Shown here: positions 19,336 through 29,870 of the stretch, piece after piece | Position numbering within the stretch: the first letter of the stretch is position 1 | Layout of the letters: each line of letters starts with the position of its first letter | Source of the DNA: Planctomycetota bacterium | GTDB taxonomy: Bacteria > Planctomycetota > GCA-002687715 > CAIWVZ01 | Length of the DNA stretch: 64,000 nt | Direction: 5' to 3' | NCBI GenBank assembly: GCA_044222185.1 | Contig: JBGANV010000001.1 | Location: forward strand, 1,568,001 to 1,632,000 | Program-made: the position numbers and the translations under genes | The notes under the pieces: generated by a model | What the model saw: only the letters and a program-made list of their open reading frames with translations | The model's database searches: none | What the model was told of the DNA's origin: nothing

Positions 19336-20526
19336 TCAGCGCACAGGCTGCGGCGCCGCCTTGAGGTCGGCGCCAGCGGCTTTCGCCAGGGCCTCGGCCC
19401 TGTCGGTCTTCTCCCAGGTGAAGTTCGGAAGGGCCCGGCCGAAGTGGCCGCCGGACGCCGTCAACCGGTAGATGGGCCGGAGAAGGTTCAACGACTCGAT
19501 GATCCCCTTCGGGCGTAGGTTGAAGTGCTCGCGCACGAGGGCTTCGATCCGCGCCTCGGGGATCCGGTTCGTGCCGTTGGTCATGACGCGGATCGAAAGC
19601 GGGTCCGCGACGCCGATGGCATAGGAAAGCTGGATCTCGCAGCGCCGGGCGAGGCCGGCCTTTACCACGTTCTTCGCGACCCAGCGCGCGGCGTAGGCGG
19701 CGGACCGGTCGACCTTGCTCGGGTCCTTACCCGAGAACGCGCCGCCGCCATGGCGCCCCATGCCGCCGTAGGTGTCGACGATGATCTTGCGGCCAGTGAG
19801 CCCGCAGTCCCCGTGGGGCCCGCCGATCACGAACCGTCCGGTCGGGTTCACGTAGTACTTGGTCTTCGCGTCGAGCAGGTTCTGGGGCAGCGTGCGCTTG
19901 ACCAGGTCCTCCACGACGTAGTTCTTGATCGTCGCAGCCTGCGTCTCCGGCGCGTGCTGTGTCGAGACCAGCACCGTGTCGATGCGCACCGGGCGGTCGT
20001 TCTCGTATTCGACCGTGACCTGCGACTTGGCATCAGGACGCAGCCAATCGATCTTCTTCGACTTGCGGTCGTCCGCCAGCTGGTTGACCAGGCGGTGCGA
20101 AAGCATGATCGGCATGGGCATCAGCTCATCCGTCTCGTCGCAGGCATAGCCGAACATGATGCCCTGGTCGCCGGCACCCTGCTCCTTGTTCGACGCCTCG
20201 TCCACGCCCTGGGCGATGTCCGGTGACTGCTTGTCGAGTGCCACCATGATGTGGCAGGAGTTGCCGTCGATGCCGTGAACGGCGTCGGTGTAGCCCACGT
20301 CGCAGATCGTGTCGCGAACGGTCTTGATGACGTCGATGTTCGCCTTCGACGTGATCTCGCCGGCGACGACGCAGAGGTTCGTCGTCACGAGCGTCTCGCA
20401 AGCGACGCGGCTCTTCGGGTCCTGGCTCAGCATCGCGTCGAGGACCGCATCCGAGATCTGGTCCGCAAGCTTGTCCGGATGCCCCATGGACACGGACTCG
20501 GAAGTGAAGAGGACGCGCTCAGCCAT
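19336..20526 (-). CDS. metK: S-adenosylmethionine synthetase
   Basis: [46 protein letters not shown]. Confidence 0.98.
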   Translation of the reverse strand: MAERVLFTSESVSMGHPDKLADQISDAVLDAMLSQDPKSRVACETLVTTNLCVVAGEITSKANIDVIKTVRDTICDVGYTDAVHGIDGNSCHIMVALDKQSPDIAQGVDEASNKEQGAGDQGIMFGYACDETDELMPMPIMLSHRLVNQLADDRKSKKIDWLRPDAKSQVTVEYENDRPVRIDTVLVSTQHAPETQAATIKNYVVEDLVKRTLPQNLLDAKTKYYVNPTGRFVIGGPHGDCGLTGRKIIVDTYGGMGRHGGGAFSGKDPSKVDRSAAYAARWVAKNVVKAGLARRCEIQLSYAIGVADPLSIRVMTNGTNRIPEARIEALVREHFNLRPKGIIESLNLLRPIYRLTASGGHFGRALPNFTWEKTDRAEALAKAAGADLKAAPQPVR

Positions 20527-20550
20527 GATGCAGGATCTCCAAAGACGACT

Positions 20551-21822
20551 TCAGTGTGTCAGTGATGCAACGACGCGTTCGGCGGTTCGCGCCGCCGCGC
20601 CGCGGTGATTCTCGAGAACGGATCGGATCGTCGACGCCCGCGCACGAACACGAACGGGGTCCATGAACAGGTCGCGCACACAGGCAGCCAACTGGTCCGG
20701 ATCGTCGACGACGTGCAGCACTCCCGCTTCGGCAAAGAGCGCGGCGACGTCGTTCACGGTCCAATGATGCGGGCCGATGGCCATGGGAATACCAAAAACC
20801 GCCGGCTCCAGCAGGTTGTGTCCCCCGATCGGAACGAGCGACCCGCCCACGAACGCCACGTCAGCGACGGCGTAGAGCCGTGCAAGTTCTCCAACTGTAT
20901 CGACGACCACGCACTCGGCGCCGAAGGGACGCCTGAGCGCGCTCCATCGCATGGCGGCGATCCCGGCCGATTCCAGAAGAAGAAGGATCGCGCCGGTTCT
21001 CTCCACATGGCGCGGCGCAAGCACCAGGCGGGCCCCCGGCACGTCTTTGCGGAGTCCACGAAATGCCGTGATTACGGCCTCGTCCTCGCCCGGATGGGTG
21101 CTGCCGGCGACGAGAACACGCGACTCGGGATCCCACCCGAAGGCGGCCAGGAGGCGCGTTCTTTCGGCCGCTGGGTCCTGCCAGATCACGTTGTCGAGCT
21201 TGAGATTCCCAGCGAGAACGAGTCGGTCCGCGCCGACCCCCAGACTTTCGAGTCGCCTCATGTGCTCGGCCGACTGGGCAAAAAAGACGCGAATCGGCGA
21301 CAGAAACCCGGGCCATAGACGCGCCAGCAGCCGGTATCGCCCCCGACTCCGCTGGGAGATTCGCGCGTTGACGACGAGTACCGGGACACGGCGGCGACGT
21401 GCCTGCCGCAAGAGGTTCGGCCACAGTTCGAGCTCTGCCAGCAGGAGTGCCGCGGGGCGGATCCGGTCGAAGAAGCGGCGGACGGCGAACGAAAAGTCCA
21501 ACGGACTCTCGCGCACGTCGAGGTCCGGGTACGTCTTCTTCGCAACCTCGAAACCGGCCACGGTCGTCACGGTCAGCACCAACCGGGCGTCCGGACGGCG
21601 CTGGCGCAACTCTGCGACGAGCGCGCGCAACGCCAGAGTCTCGCCCACCGAGACGGCGTGAAGCCAGAGAACGGGCCCCCCACCGTCACGAATCGCATCG
21701 ATGGCGCCCAGCCTCCGCCGAAGCGGCAGCAAGCGCTTCTTCTTCAACCGGCGCGAGACGAAGTAGAACGGCCCGGCGACGAGGAGCACCAGCGCGTACG
21801 CCAGATCGACGACCAGTCCCAT
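20551..21822 (-). CDS. waaA: 3-deoxy-D-manno-octulosonic acid (Kdo) transferase
   Basis: WLHAVSVGE, ELWPN, NARIS, GNLK.D, GSTHPGE, APRH.ER, FVGGSL...GGHNLLEPA. Start moved to ATG 21822. Confidence 0.94.
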   Translation of the reverse strand: MGLVVDLAYALVLLVAGPFYFVSRRLKKKRLLPLRRRLGAIDAIRDGGGPVLWLHAVSVGETLALRALVAELRQRRPDARLVLTVTTVAGFEVAKKTYPDLDVRESPLDFSFAVRRFFDRIRPAALLLAELELWPNLLRQARRRRVPVLVVNARISQRSRGRYRLLARLWPGFLSPIRVFFAQSAEHMRRLESLGVGADRLVLAGNLKLDNVIWQDPAAERTRLLAAFGWDPESRVLVAGSTHPGEDEAVITAFRGLRKDVPGARLVLAPRHVERTGAILLLLESAGIAAMRWSALRRPFGAECVVVDTVGELARLYAVADVAFVGGSLVPIGGHNLLEPAVFGIPMAIGPHHWTVNDVAALFAEAGVLHVVDDPDQLAACVRDLFMDPVRVRARASTIRSVLENHRGAAARTAERVVASLTH

Positions 21823-21842
21823 GGGGTTGCCGGGTCGTGCGA

Positions 21843-24599
21843 TCAGCCGTCGCCGTCGACTCCGGCCCGGACGCCGTGGCAGCGCTTGTACTTCTGCCCC
21901 GAGCCACAGGGGCACGGATCGTTCCGGCCCACCTTCGGAAGCTGCCGCTTGAACGGCTTCGCAGGTTCGGGCGATTGGTTCTGGCCGGCAGCCTGATCCA
22001 TGGCGTCACGCGTGTCACCCATTCCAGGCGCGGCCTCCTTGATCTCGCGGCCACCGCTCCAGACGTCGCGGCGCGGCAGACCCGGATCCTCCTTCTCCGC
22101 CACTTCGATGCGGAGGATGTAGTCCGTCACCTGCTCCTGGATGGTGCGCAGCATCTCTTCGAAGATCTGGTATCCCTCGCGCTTGTAGGCGACCTTCGGA
22201 TCCTCGCTCGCGTAACCCCGAAGGCCGATGCCGGACTTCAACGCGTCCATGTTGTGGAGGTGGTCCTTCCACTTCGAGTCGAACGCATCGAGGAGGATGA
22301 ACCTCTCGATCCGGCGGAAGAGGTCCGCGCCGACCTCGGCTTCACGCTCGTCGTAGCGCTTCCGGACGATCGCCATCACCGCGTCGCCGACCTTCTCCGG
22401 ATCGCCGGGAACGTCGGCCATTTCGACACCGACCTTGCGCTTGACCCAGTCCTGGATCGGCTTGGCGGTCTCCGTGGTGAAGCGTCCCTTGGCCTCGTCG
22501 CCCAGCTCCTGCTTGATGACGAGTTCGATGACCTCCGAGAACATCCGCTCGACGAGCTCGCGGAGTCCCTCGTTGCGCAGGATCTGCTGCCGGTAGTCGT
22601 AGATGAGCGTGCGCTGCTCGTTCATCACCTCGTCGTACTCGAGCAGGCGCTTGCGGGTTTCGAAGTTGCGCTCCTCGACCTTCTTCTGCGCGCGCTCGAC
22701 GGAGCGCGAGACCATGCGGTGCTCGATCGCCTCGCCGTCGCGCAGGCCGAGTTTCTGGAGGAAGTTCTTGATCGTCGGACTGGCGAATCGACGCATCAGG
22801 TCGTCGTCGAGCGAGAGGAAGAACCGGGACGAACCCGGGTCGCCCTGGCGACCGGCGCGGCCTCGCAGCTGGTTGTCGATGCGGCGTGCCTCGTGACGTT
22901 CGGTGCCGAGGACGTGAAGTCCGCCGAGACGGACCACTTCATCGTGTTCGGGACCCGTGTCGGCCTTCGCGTCCGCCAAGGCGCTCTGCCACTCCTCCGG
23001 CGTCGCCGTTTCCGGGTCGAGCTGCCGTTGCCTCAAGAGACTGCGTGCGAGGAACTCGGCGTTGCCTCCCAGCAGGATGTCCGTTCCACGTCCGGCCATG
23101 TTGGTGGCGATGGTGACCGCCCCGCGGCGTCCGGCCTGAGCGACGATCTCCGCCTCGCGCGCATGCTGTTTGGCATTGAGGACGTTGTGGGGAACGCCGC
23201 GGCGCGTCAGGACCTCGGAGAGCTTCTCCGATTTCTCGATGGACGTCGTGCCGACCAGGATCGGGCGGCCCTCCTTGTGCGTCTGGAGAATGTCGTCGAC
23301 GATCGCCGTGAACTTCTCCTTCGGCGTCGCGTAGATCCGGTCTTCGCGATCCTGGCGGACCATCTTCTTCGCCGTCGGGATGGCGACGACGTCCAGGCCG
23401 TACACCTTCAAGAACTCGCCGGCCTCGGTCATGGCCGTACCCGTCATGCCCGCGAGCTTGTCGTAAAGCTTGAAGAAGTTCTGGAAGGTGATGGTGGCGA
23501 GGGTCTGTGTCTCGGCCCGGATCGAAATGCCTTCCTTCGCCTCGACGGCCTGGTGAAGGCCGTCACTCCACCGTCGGCCATGCATCAGTCGACCCGTGAA
23601 CTCGTCGACGATCACGACGCCGCGCTTGCCGTCCTCCTCGGCCGCGACCACGTACTCCTGGTCGAGGTGGTAGAGGTGATGCGCGCGGAGGGCCTGTTCC
23701 ATGAGGTGCGGCCACTCGAGCGTGTCACCGGTGTAGAACGACTCCACGCCGACGAGTCGCTGCGCCTGGATGATGCCCTCCTCCGTCAGGATGCACTGGT
23801 TCTCCTTCTCCTTGACCTCGAAGTGCTCGTCCTTGCGGAGCTGGCGTGCGACGCGATCGGCCTGGAAGTACTTGCGGGTATCACCCTCGGCGACGCCGGA
23901 GATGATCAACGGGGTGCGCGCCTCGTCGATCAGGATGTTGTCGACCTCGTCCAGGATCGCGTAGTGACGTCGCTGGACCTGATCCTCGAGCGAGCCACGC
24001 ATGTTGTCGCGCAGGTAATCGAACCCGAACTCGTTGTTCGTTCCATAGGTGATGTCCGCGCCGTAGGCTTCGCGCCGGGCTGCCGGCTGCATGTCGGCCT
24101 GGATGACGCCGACGGACAGGCCGAGGAACTCGAAGATTCGTCCCATCCAATCGCGGTCGCGGCGAGCGAGGTAGTCGTTCACCGTGATCACGTGCACGCC
24201 CTTGCCAGACAGCGAATTCAGGAACGCGGGCGACGTCGCGACCAGGGTCTTCCCTTCGCCGGTCGCCATCTCCGCGATCTTGCCGCCGTGCAGAACCATG
24301 CCGCCGAGCAGTTGCACGTCGTAATGACGCAGGCCGATGGTGCGCCGCGCCGCCTCGCGAACGAGCGCGAAGGACATCGGGAGGACCTTGTCGAGCGACT
24401 CGCCGCCGCGGACGCGCTCACGCAGCTTGGCCGCGAGCTCGCGCATCTCCGCTGCGGTCTTCCGCTCGGCCTTCGTCGCGGGGTCGCAGAACTCCGCCTC
24501 CAATGCGTTCACGGAATGAACGATGGGCCAGAGGCGCTTCAGTTCCCGCTCGTTGCGGTTCCCGAACACGCCGAACAGCTTCTTCAACAGTGATTGCAT
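21843..24599 (-). CDS. secA: Preprotein translocase ATPase SecA
   Basis: [58 protein letters not shown] motif [11 protein letters not shown]. Confidence 0.99.
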   Translation of the reverse strand: MQSLLKKLFGVFGNRNERELKRLWPIVHSVNALEAEFCDPATKAERKTAAEMRELAAKLRERVRGGESLDKVLPMSFALVREAARRTIGLRHYDVQLLGGMVLHGGKIAEMATGEGKTLVATSPAFLNSLSGKGVHVITVNDYLARRDRDWMGRIFEFLGLSVGVIQADMQPAARREAYGADITYGTNNEFGFDYLRDNMRGSLEDQVQRRHYAILDEVDNILIDEARTPLIISGVAEGDTRKYFQADRVARQLRKDEHFEVKEKENQCILTEEGIIQAQRLVGVESFYTGDTLEWPHLMEQALRAHHLYHLDQEYVVAAEEDGKRGVVIVDEFTGRLMHGRRWSDGLHQAVEAKEGISIRAETQTLATITFQNFFKLYDKLAGMTGTAMTEAGEFLKVYGLDVVAIPTAKKMVRQDREDRIYATPKEKFTAIVDDILQTHKEGRPILVGTTSIEKSEKLSEVLTRRGVPHNVLNAKQHAREAEIVAQAGRRGAVTIATNMAGRGTDILLGGNAEFLARSLLRQRQLDPETATPEEWQSALADAKADTGPEHDEVVRLGGLHVLGTERHEARRIDNQLRGRAGRQGDPGSSRFFLSLDDDLMRRFASPTIKNFLQKLGLRDGEAIEHRMVSRSVERAQKKVEERNFETRKRLLEYDEVMNEQRTLIYDYRQQILRNEGLRELVERMFSEVIELVIKQELGDEAKGRFTTETAKPIQDWVKRKVGVEMADVPGDPEKVGDAVMAIVRKRYDEREAEVGADLFRRIERFILLDAFDSKWKDHLHNMDALKSGIGLRGYASEDPKVAYKREGYQIFEEMLRTIQEQVTDYILRIEVAEKEDPGLPRRDVWSGGREIKEAAPGMGDTRDAMDQAAGQNQSPEPAKPFKRQLPKVGRNDPCPCGSGQKYKRCHGVRAGVDGDG

Positions 24600-24629
24600 G
24601 GGGCTCGCTTGCCGGTCGAGGGCGCCGGC

Positions 24630-25460
24630 TCAGCCTTTCTTGCGCTTGGCGAGATGCTCGGTGACGAATTTCAGCAGCACGGACGTCTCGAAGGGCTTCA
24701 CGAGATACCCGTCGATCAGACTGAAGTACTGCGGTTGGATGAACGCCGCGGTGGCGAGGATGAACGGAACGGATTTGGCCCGTGGATCCGCGCGCACGGC
24801 GCGCGCCAGGTCCAAGCCTGTCATGCCAGGCATCTCGAGATCCGAGATGATGAGATCGGGCGGATCCGTTCGGATGGGCTCGAGCGCCTCCTCCGCACGT
24901 TTGAACTTCGTGATCCGATACCCGCGTCGCGTCAGGATCGTTTCGACGCCCGTCGCGATGTCCGTGTCGTCGTCGACGAGGAAGATCCGTGCGCCCTCGG
25001 CCGTCGTGACGATCGCCTGCGTCTTCGTCTCCTGTTCGATCTGGCTCACGACCGTGGCGAACGTCGGAATCTCGGCGGCCTGCCACTCGCGCTCGAGCTG
25101 CTCCTTGATCTCGGCGTTCGCCCGCTTGATCTCGAGCCACCCGTCGAAGTCGGCGAAGTGGGATTCGACCGCCAGATCATCGTGTGTGTCGACGGCGAAG
25201 AAGAACTTGTCGCGCACCAGCAGCTCTTGGAACACGAGCTTCATGTAGGGGTAGAAGCGGTTTCCGAGGCGCAGGGTGTACTTGCGCATCTTTCCCAGGC
25301 GCCGCTCGTCAGTGAACCCTTCGAGCGCCTCGTCGATCGTCCGGGCCTGGCGGAAATCGAACTTGGGCCAACGCTTCGATGAGTCACCGCCCCACGCGAC
25401 CCGCAGGTAGACCTCGATGGCCCGGCAGACCATCGCCACATCCGTCTCCTCGAGCCTCAT
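24630..25460 (-). CDS. Response regulator: uncharacterised N-terminal domain plus C-terminal receiver domain
   Basis: Receiver motifs LVDDD, DLIISDLEMPGMTG and KPF; N-terminal ~140 aa with LRLGNRFYPYMKL and VDTHD. Confidence 0.85.
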   Translation of the reverse strand: MRLEETDVAMVCRAIEVYLRVAWGGDSSKRWPKFDFRQARTIDEALEGFTDERRLGKMRKYTLRLGNRFYPYMKLVFQELLVRDKFFFAVDTHDDLAVESHFADFDGWLEIKRANAEIKEQLEREWQAAEIPTFATVVSQIEQETKTQAIVTTAEGARIFLVDDDTDIATGVETILTRRGYRITKFKRAEEALEPIRTDPPDLIISDLEMPGMTGLDLARAVRADPRAKSVPFILATAAFIQPQYFSLIDGYLVKPFETSVLLKFVTEHLAKRKKG

Positions 25461-26389
25461 GAGTGCGTCGGCCGCGGAATCCGCAACGCCCCTCGGTGTT
25501 CTGGAAGCGTCGTGACGGATCCGTCAGCCACCCAATCCTCCAGGCGTTCGACGATGCTAACGGCGGCTCCCGGGTCGACAAAGTTCTGCGTACCGACCTG
25601 GACGGCCGTGGCCCCGGCGACGATGAACTCCATCACGTCGTCGGGACCGGCGATGCCGCCGATCCCGACGATCGGGATCTTCACGGCACGGAACACACGA
25701 TGAACGGCGGCGAGGGCGAGAGGTTTGATCGCGGGTCCGCTCAGGCCGCCCATTCCCGAAGGTGAGCCGAGCCTGGGAAGGCGCCGGCGCCAATCGACGG
25801 CCATCCCAAGGAAGGTGTTCGTCAACGAGAGGGCATCGGCCCCCGCTCGCTCCGCCGCACGCGCGGGGACCGTGACGTCCGTGACGTTCGGCGTCAGCTT
25901 CACGATCAGCGGCTTCTCGACGACCGTGCGGCAGGCGCGGACCAGTTCCTCGAGCGGGCCTTCCTGGATTCCGAAATCGAGTCCGCCGGAAACGTTCGGA
26001 CAGGAGACATTCAACTCGATGGCATCCACGGCGCGCTCGCCGGAAAACGCGCGGCACAGGGCGACGAAGTCGGCGACCGATTCCCCCGCCACGTTCACGA
26101 TCCGGGCGGTGGGGAGCTCGGCGAACCGAGGCAGGACCTCGCGCCGGAATCCATCGACGCCGAGGTTCATGATCCCGATCGAGTTCAGCATGCCGGCGGC
26201 GGTCTCGGCGATGCGCGGCGGAGGGTTGCCCGAGCGCGGCTTCGTCGTGACGCTTTTCGTCACGATCCCGCCAATCCGTGACAGGTCGACGGAATCGACG
26301 ACTTCCAGGCCCGCGCCGAACGTGCCCGACGCGACGAGGACGGGATTGCGCAGACTCAGCGCTCCGAGCTGAACGGCGAGCGCGCTCAA
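25457..26389 (-). CDS. pyrD: Dihydroorotate dehydrogenase family 1B catalytic subunit
   Basis: ASGTFG, GNPPPRIAE, NSIGIMN, ELNVSCPN, VKLTPN, GGLSGPAIKP. The TTG start at 26389 overlaps the lspA stop. Confidence 0.95.
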   Translation of the reverse strand: MSALAVQLGALSLRNPVLVASGTFGAGLEVVDSVDLSRIGGIVTKSVTTKPRSGNPPPRIAETAAGMLNSIGIMNLGVDGFRREVLPRFAELPTARIVNVAGESVADFVALCRAFSGERAVDAIELNVSCPNVSGGLDFGIQEGPLEELVRACRTVVEKPLIVKLTPNVTDVTVPARAAERAGADALSLTNTFLGMAVDWRRRLPRLGSPSGMGGLSGPAIKPLALAAVHRVFRAVKIPIVGIGGIAGPDDVMEFIVAGATAVQVGTQNFVDPGAAVSIVERLEDWVADGSVTTLPEHRGALRIPRPTHS

Positions 26390-26889
26390 ACCGGCTCCCC
26401 CAGTTGGGCGGCAGCACGCTTGCCTTCGTGGCGGGCAAAGTAGATCAGCAACGCGGGCGCGCCGCACGTGATGAGAGCGTCCGCCACGTTGAAGACCGGG
26501 AAGTCCCATTGACCGAACGTGAACAGGAGGAAGTCGCGCACGCGTCCCAGTTCGGCGAAACAGTTGTCGTAGAGGTTGCCGAGCGCGCCCCCGACGACCA
26601 GCCCGAATCCTGCGTTGGCCCACCACGGAGGCCGCATACGCGAGAAGTAGAAACCGATCAGGCCGGCGACGAGGACTCCCCGGACCGCGATCCACACGCG
26701 TCGATCGACGTGCTGGAAGAGGCTCCATGCCATGCCAGGGTTCCGCACGGGAACGAGTGAGAAGAACCCGTCGACGACGACGATCCGGCTGTTGGGCGAT
26801 GGCAGATGTCGGAACGCTTCCGCCTTCGACCACAAATCGAGGCTGACTCCGGCCGCCACGAGAAGAATGAACACGAGGCGGGTGGTCAC
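26386..26889 (-). CDS. lspA: Lipoprotein signal peptidase II
   Basis: D..SK, NPGMAWS, GGALGNLYD, VRDF, FNVAD. Confidence 0.94.
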   Translation of the reverse strand: MTTRLVFILLVAAGVSLDLWSKAEAFRHLPSPNSRIVVVDGFFSLVPVRNPGMAWSLFQHVDRRVWIAVRGVLVAGLIGFYFSRMRPPWWANAGFGLVVGGALGNLYDNCFAELGRVRDFLLFTFGQWDFPVFNVADALITCGAPALLIYFARHEGKRAAAQLGEPV

Positions 26890-27155
26890 GGGTTGCCTTT
26901 GGGGGTGGGTGTCATGCGAACGTCGGTCGACCTGGCGATGTCGCGCAACGCGAGCATGTCCGCGCGCAGGCCTCGAACGATCTCCACGTCGATCCCGAGC
27001 CGCTCAGCTTCCCGCACGAGGTCGAGGTCCGCCGCCTCGCGGCCTGCGCCAGCCGTCGGTTCGGTGAAGAACCGACCGATGGCCGCGTCCAGCGCCCTCG
27101 CCAGGATGGCGGGCGTCGTCGATGCGGTGTTTCCGTGCGGGTCACGTGGATCCAT
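26886..27155 (-). CDS. Hypothetical protein
   Basis: 89-aa ORF whose stop overlaps the lspA start (GTGA); no recognised motif. Confidence 0.5.
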   Translation of the reverse strand: MDPRDPHGNTASTTPAILARALDAAIGRFFTEPTAGAGREAADLDLVREAERLGIDVEIVRGLRADMLALRDIARSTDVRMTPTPKGNP

Positions 27156-27281
27156 GGAAGTCCTCGGCTGTGGCGGCTCCGAGGGAACGGGATGTTAGTG
27201 GCCACCGTGCGCACGATCAATTGCACGCGGGCGTTGCGTCATCCAGAGCGGGAGCATACGGTCTGGCCCGGAGTCGTCCGC

Positions 27282-28172
27282 GTGCTCGAAACCCTCGCCC
27301 GACTGTTCCTCGATGACCTGGCGCTCGCTCGGTCGATCTCGGCCCATACGCGGGATGCGTACCGGCGCGACCTGGCAATCCTCGGCAATTTCCTCGCGAA
27401 GAACGGCGTGACGCGGATCGAAGACGTCGCGACGGCCCACCTCGCGTCGTTCCAGGCGGCGCGCGCGAAGGCCGGCGACGCGAGCCGGACGGTCTCCCGC
27501 CGGACCGCCTGCCTGCGCTCGTTCTTCAAGTTCCTCGTCCGCGAGGGCCATCTGAAACGAAACCCCGCCGCGATCCTCCCGCAGCCGACTCAGCCGAAAC
27601 TCCTGCCGCGGGCGCTTCCCGCCGCCGACGTCAAGAAGCTGATCGAGAGCCCCCCGACTTCCGACCCGATGGACCTGCGCGACCGCGCGGCGATGGAACT
27701 GCTGTATGGCGCCGGATTGCGTGCATCCGAGGTCTGCGGAATCCAATTGCGAGACCTGGACCTCGACCGCCGCGCAGCGCGCGTGCTGGGAAAGGGCCGC
27801 AAGGAGCGCGTCGTACAGATTGGCGAGCCGGCAGCCGACGCGTTGCGCGCCTGGATCGAAAGAGGCCGCAGGCACATGCGGACACCGACCTCTCCGGATC
27901 ACGTCTTCCTCGGCCAACGGGGAAAGCCCCTGACGCGGCAGGCCCTCGCTGGCCTCGTGAAGCACCGCGTGATGGCTTCGGGCGTGGCCGTCGCGACCTC
28001 ACCTCACACGCTTCGCCACAGCTTCGCGACCCATCTCGTGCAGGGCGGCGCGGACCTTCGCGCGGTGCAGGAGCTCCTGGGTCACGCGTCGATCGACACG
28101 ACCCAGATCTACACGGGGCTCGAGCTGAAACACCTGAAGGACGTCTATCGCAAGGCTCACCCCCGTGCGTGA
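27282..28172 (+). CDS. xerD: Site-specific tyrosine recombinase of the XerC/XerD type
   Basis: T..AYRRDL, ELLYGAGLRASE, GKGRKER.V, SPHTLRHSFATHL..GADLRAVQELLGHASIDTTQIYT, HPRA end. XerC versus XerD is not certain; GTG start at 27282 is inferred. Confidence 0.88.
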   Translation: MLETLARLFLDDLALARSISAHTRDAYRRDLAILGNFLAKNGVTRIEDVATAHLASFQAARAKAGDASRTVSRRTACLRSFFKFLVREGHLKRNPAAILPQPTQPKLLPRALPAADVKKLIESPPTSDPMDLRDRAAMELLYGAGLRASEVCGIQLRDLDLDRRAARVLGKGRKERVVQIGEPAADALRAWIERGRRHMRTPTSPDHVFLGQRGKPLTRQALAGLVKHRVMASGVAVATSPHTLRHSFATHLVQGGADLRAVQELLGHASIDTTQIYTGLELKHLKDVYRKAHPRA

Positions 28173-28860
28173 AGCCGCGCACAGGGCGTCGCCGATGCAC
28201 ACGACTCTCACCCGATTGGAGCCGTCCATCTCGACCTGCGAGGCCTGCCCGCGCCTCGCCCGTTACTGCGCGGGATTCCGACGTGAAGGTTATTGGGGGC
28301 GACCCGTGCCCGGATTTGGAGATCCGAAGGCACGGCTCGTGATCCTGGGACTCGCACCCGGTGCCCATGGTGCGAACCGGACCGGCCGGCCATTCACCGG
28401 CGACGCCGCTGGCAACCTCCTCTACGAGGCGCTTCATGCCTGCGGGCTCGCCACCCTGGCGAAGGCGCATTCTCGCGGGGACGGTCTCGAACTTGACGGA
28501 GTGTTCATCACGAATGCAGTGAAGTGCGCGCCGCCGCAGAACAAACCGAGCGGCGCCGAAGTGAAGGAGTGCGCACCGCACCTGCTCCGTGAGTACGAAG
28601 CTCTCCGCTCCGCTCGGGTCGTCCTCGCCTTGGGCCGCGTCGCGCACGATGCACACCTCTCCGCGCTTCGCGCGCGAGGCGTGCAGGCTCGCCGCGCAGA
28701 CTTCCCCTTCGCGCATGGCGCGGTTCATCCGACGGGTGATCGGATCCAGACTCTCGTCGACTCGTTCCACCCGAGTCGATACAACGTCAACGTCGGCAAG
28801 CTCGATCTGCCGCGCTTCCTGCGAGTCGTCCAGGCCGCGTGGCGGCTCGCTTCGGAGTGA
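28165..28860 (+). CDS. Uracil-DNA glycosylase, family 5 (UdgB-like, Fe-S)
   Basis: CEACPRL, GLAPGAHGANRTGRPFTGD, KCAPPQNKP, HPSRYN. Confidence 0.92.
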   Translation: MREAAHRASPMHTTLTRLEPSISTCEACPRLARYCAGFRREGYWGRPVPGFGDPKARLVILGLAPGAHGANRTGRPFTGDAAGNLLYEALHACGLATLAKAHSRGDGLELDGVFITNAVKCAPPQNKPSGAEVKECAPHLLREYEALRSARVVLALGRVAHDAHLSALRARGVQARRADFPFAHGAVHPTGDRIQTLVDSFHPSRYNVNVGKLDLPRFLRVVQAAWRLASE

Positions 28861-29870
28861 TCGCCATGGGCCTCGTCTTCGCCTTCGACCGCGGGCAGGA
28901 CCCGACGCGCACCGATGTCCTCGCCGTCGACGGCGTCTTCGGGTGCGGCCCGAACCTCTCGCACTGGCCCGGGAATCGCACGCCGTCGCGGTACCGCCAC
29001 GACCTGTCGACGGGCATGGCTCTGCGCCTGGCGCGGGACCCCGACCGCGAGGAGTTCCTGCGCGGCGTGACGACGGTCTCGAACAACCACTACGACACCG
29101 ACGGCTTCGGGTCCGTGCTTGCGGTGCTCCAACCGGACGCCGCCCTGGCAGTCGAAGACCGGCTGCTCGATGCGGCACTCGCTGGCGACTTCGAGGTGAT
29201 CCGCAGCTGGCATGCCCTTGCGTTCGACGAGATCGTGCTGAACCTCGGGCATCACCCCCGATCACCGATCGTCGATCGCGTCGCTGGGCTTCCAGACGCT
29301 GACCGATACGAGGGCTGCTACCTCTGGCTCCTCGCTCACGGCCCCGACCTACTGCGTGACCCGTCCGCCCAGGAAGAGCTGTGGATCGATGCCTGGCGTG
29401 AATTCGAGCGGGACCTCCACCTCGCGCGCGCGGGAATCGCCGTGGTCGAGGCACATCCGCGCGAACACGTGGCCGTCATCCGCGCGCCACGACCGCTGGG
29501 AACGCGCGCCCTCACGACCCTTGCGGAAGGCACGCCGCGCGTCGTGCACGTCGTCAGGAATGCCGACGGGTGCTTCGTCCGGTGCTTTCACACGACGCAT
29601 TCCTGGTTCGATTCCCTGACGCCCGTTCCCCGGCGGTTTCCGTGGAACGCGCTGGCCACGCGATTTCAGGCGGCGGAACGCGCGCCGGGCGGCGCGAGTT
29701 GGGTCCACCACCCGATGGAATCTCCATTCGCGGAACTCTCGTTCGGGATTCCGCATGCCGCGCCCGAGTTTCCGTTCGGCACGCTGTGCGCGCCGACGCC
29801 GACGTCACTCGATCCCGAGTGGGTCATCGATGCCGTGCTCGACGCCGCGCGAGGTGACCTCATCGTCTGA
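28839..29870 (+). CDS. Conserved hypothetical protein (DUF6687-like)
   Basis: LSHWPGNRTP..Y..DLST and NNHYDTDG motifs; the true start may be ATG 28866. Family name is from recollection. Confidence 0.7.
   Translation: MAARFGVIAMGLVFAFDRGQDPTRTDVLAVDGVFGCGPNLSHWPGNRTPSRYRHDLSTGMALRLARDPDREEFLRGVTTVSNNHYDTDGFGSVLAVLQPDAALAVEDRLLDAALAGDFEVIRSWHALAFDEIVLNLGHHPRSPIVDRVAGLPDADRYEGCYLWLLAHGPDLLRDPSAQEELWIDAWREFERDLHLARAGIAVVEAHPREHVAVIRAPRPLGTRALTTLAEGTPRVVHVVRNADGCFVRCFHTTHSWFDSLTPVPRRFPWNALATRFQAAERAPGGASWVHHPMESPFAELSFGIPHAAPEFPFGTLCAPTPTSLDPEWVIDAVLDAARGDLIV

Noticed and set aside
21399-24593. Long ORFs antisense to or overlapping real genes (e.g. 1064 aa opposite secA, 650 aa opposite uvrB, 686 aa opposite the porin, 503 aa opposite the IPT repeats)
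   Set aside because: These are shadow ORFs expected in high-GC coding DNA; they have no recognisable motifs.
27282-28172. Tyrosine recombinase as a prophage or integron integrase
   Set aside because: Size and motifs fit housekeeping XerC/D, there is no IntI-specific insertion, and the flanking genes are core genes.
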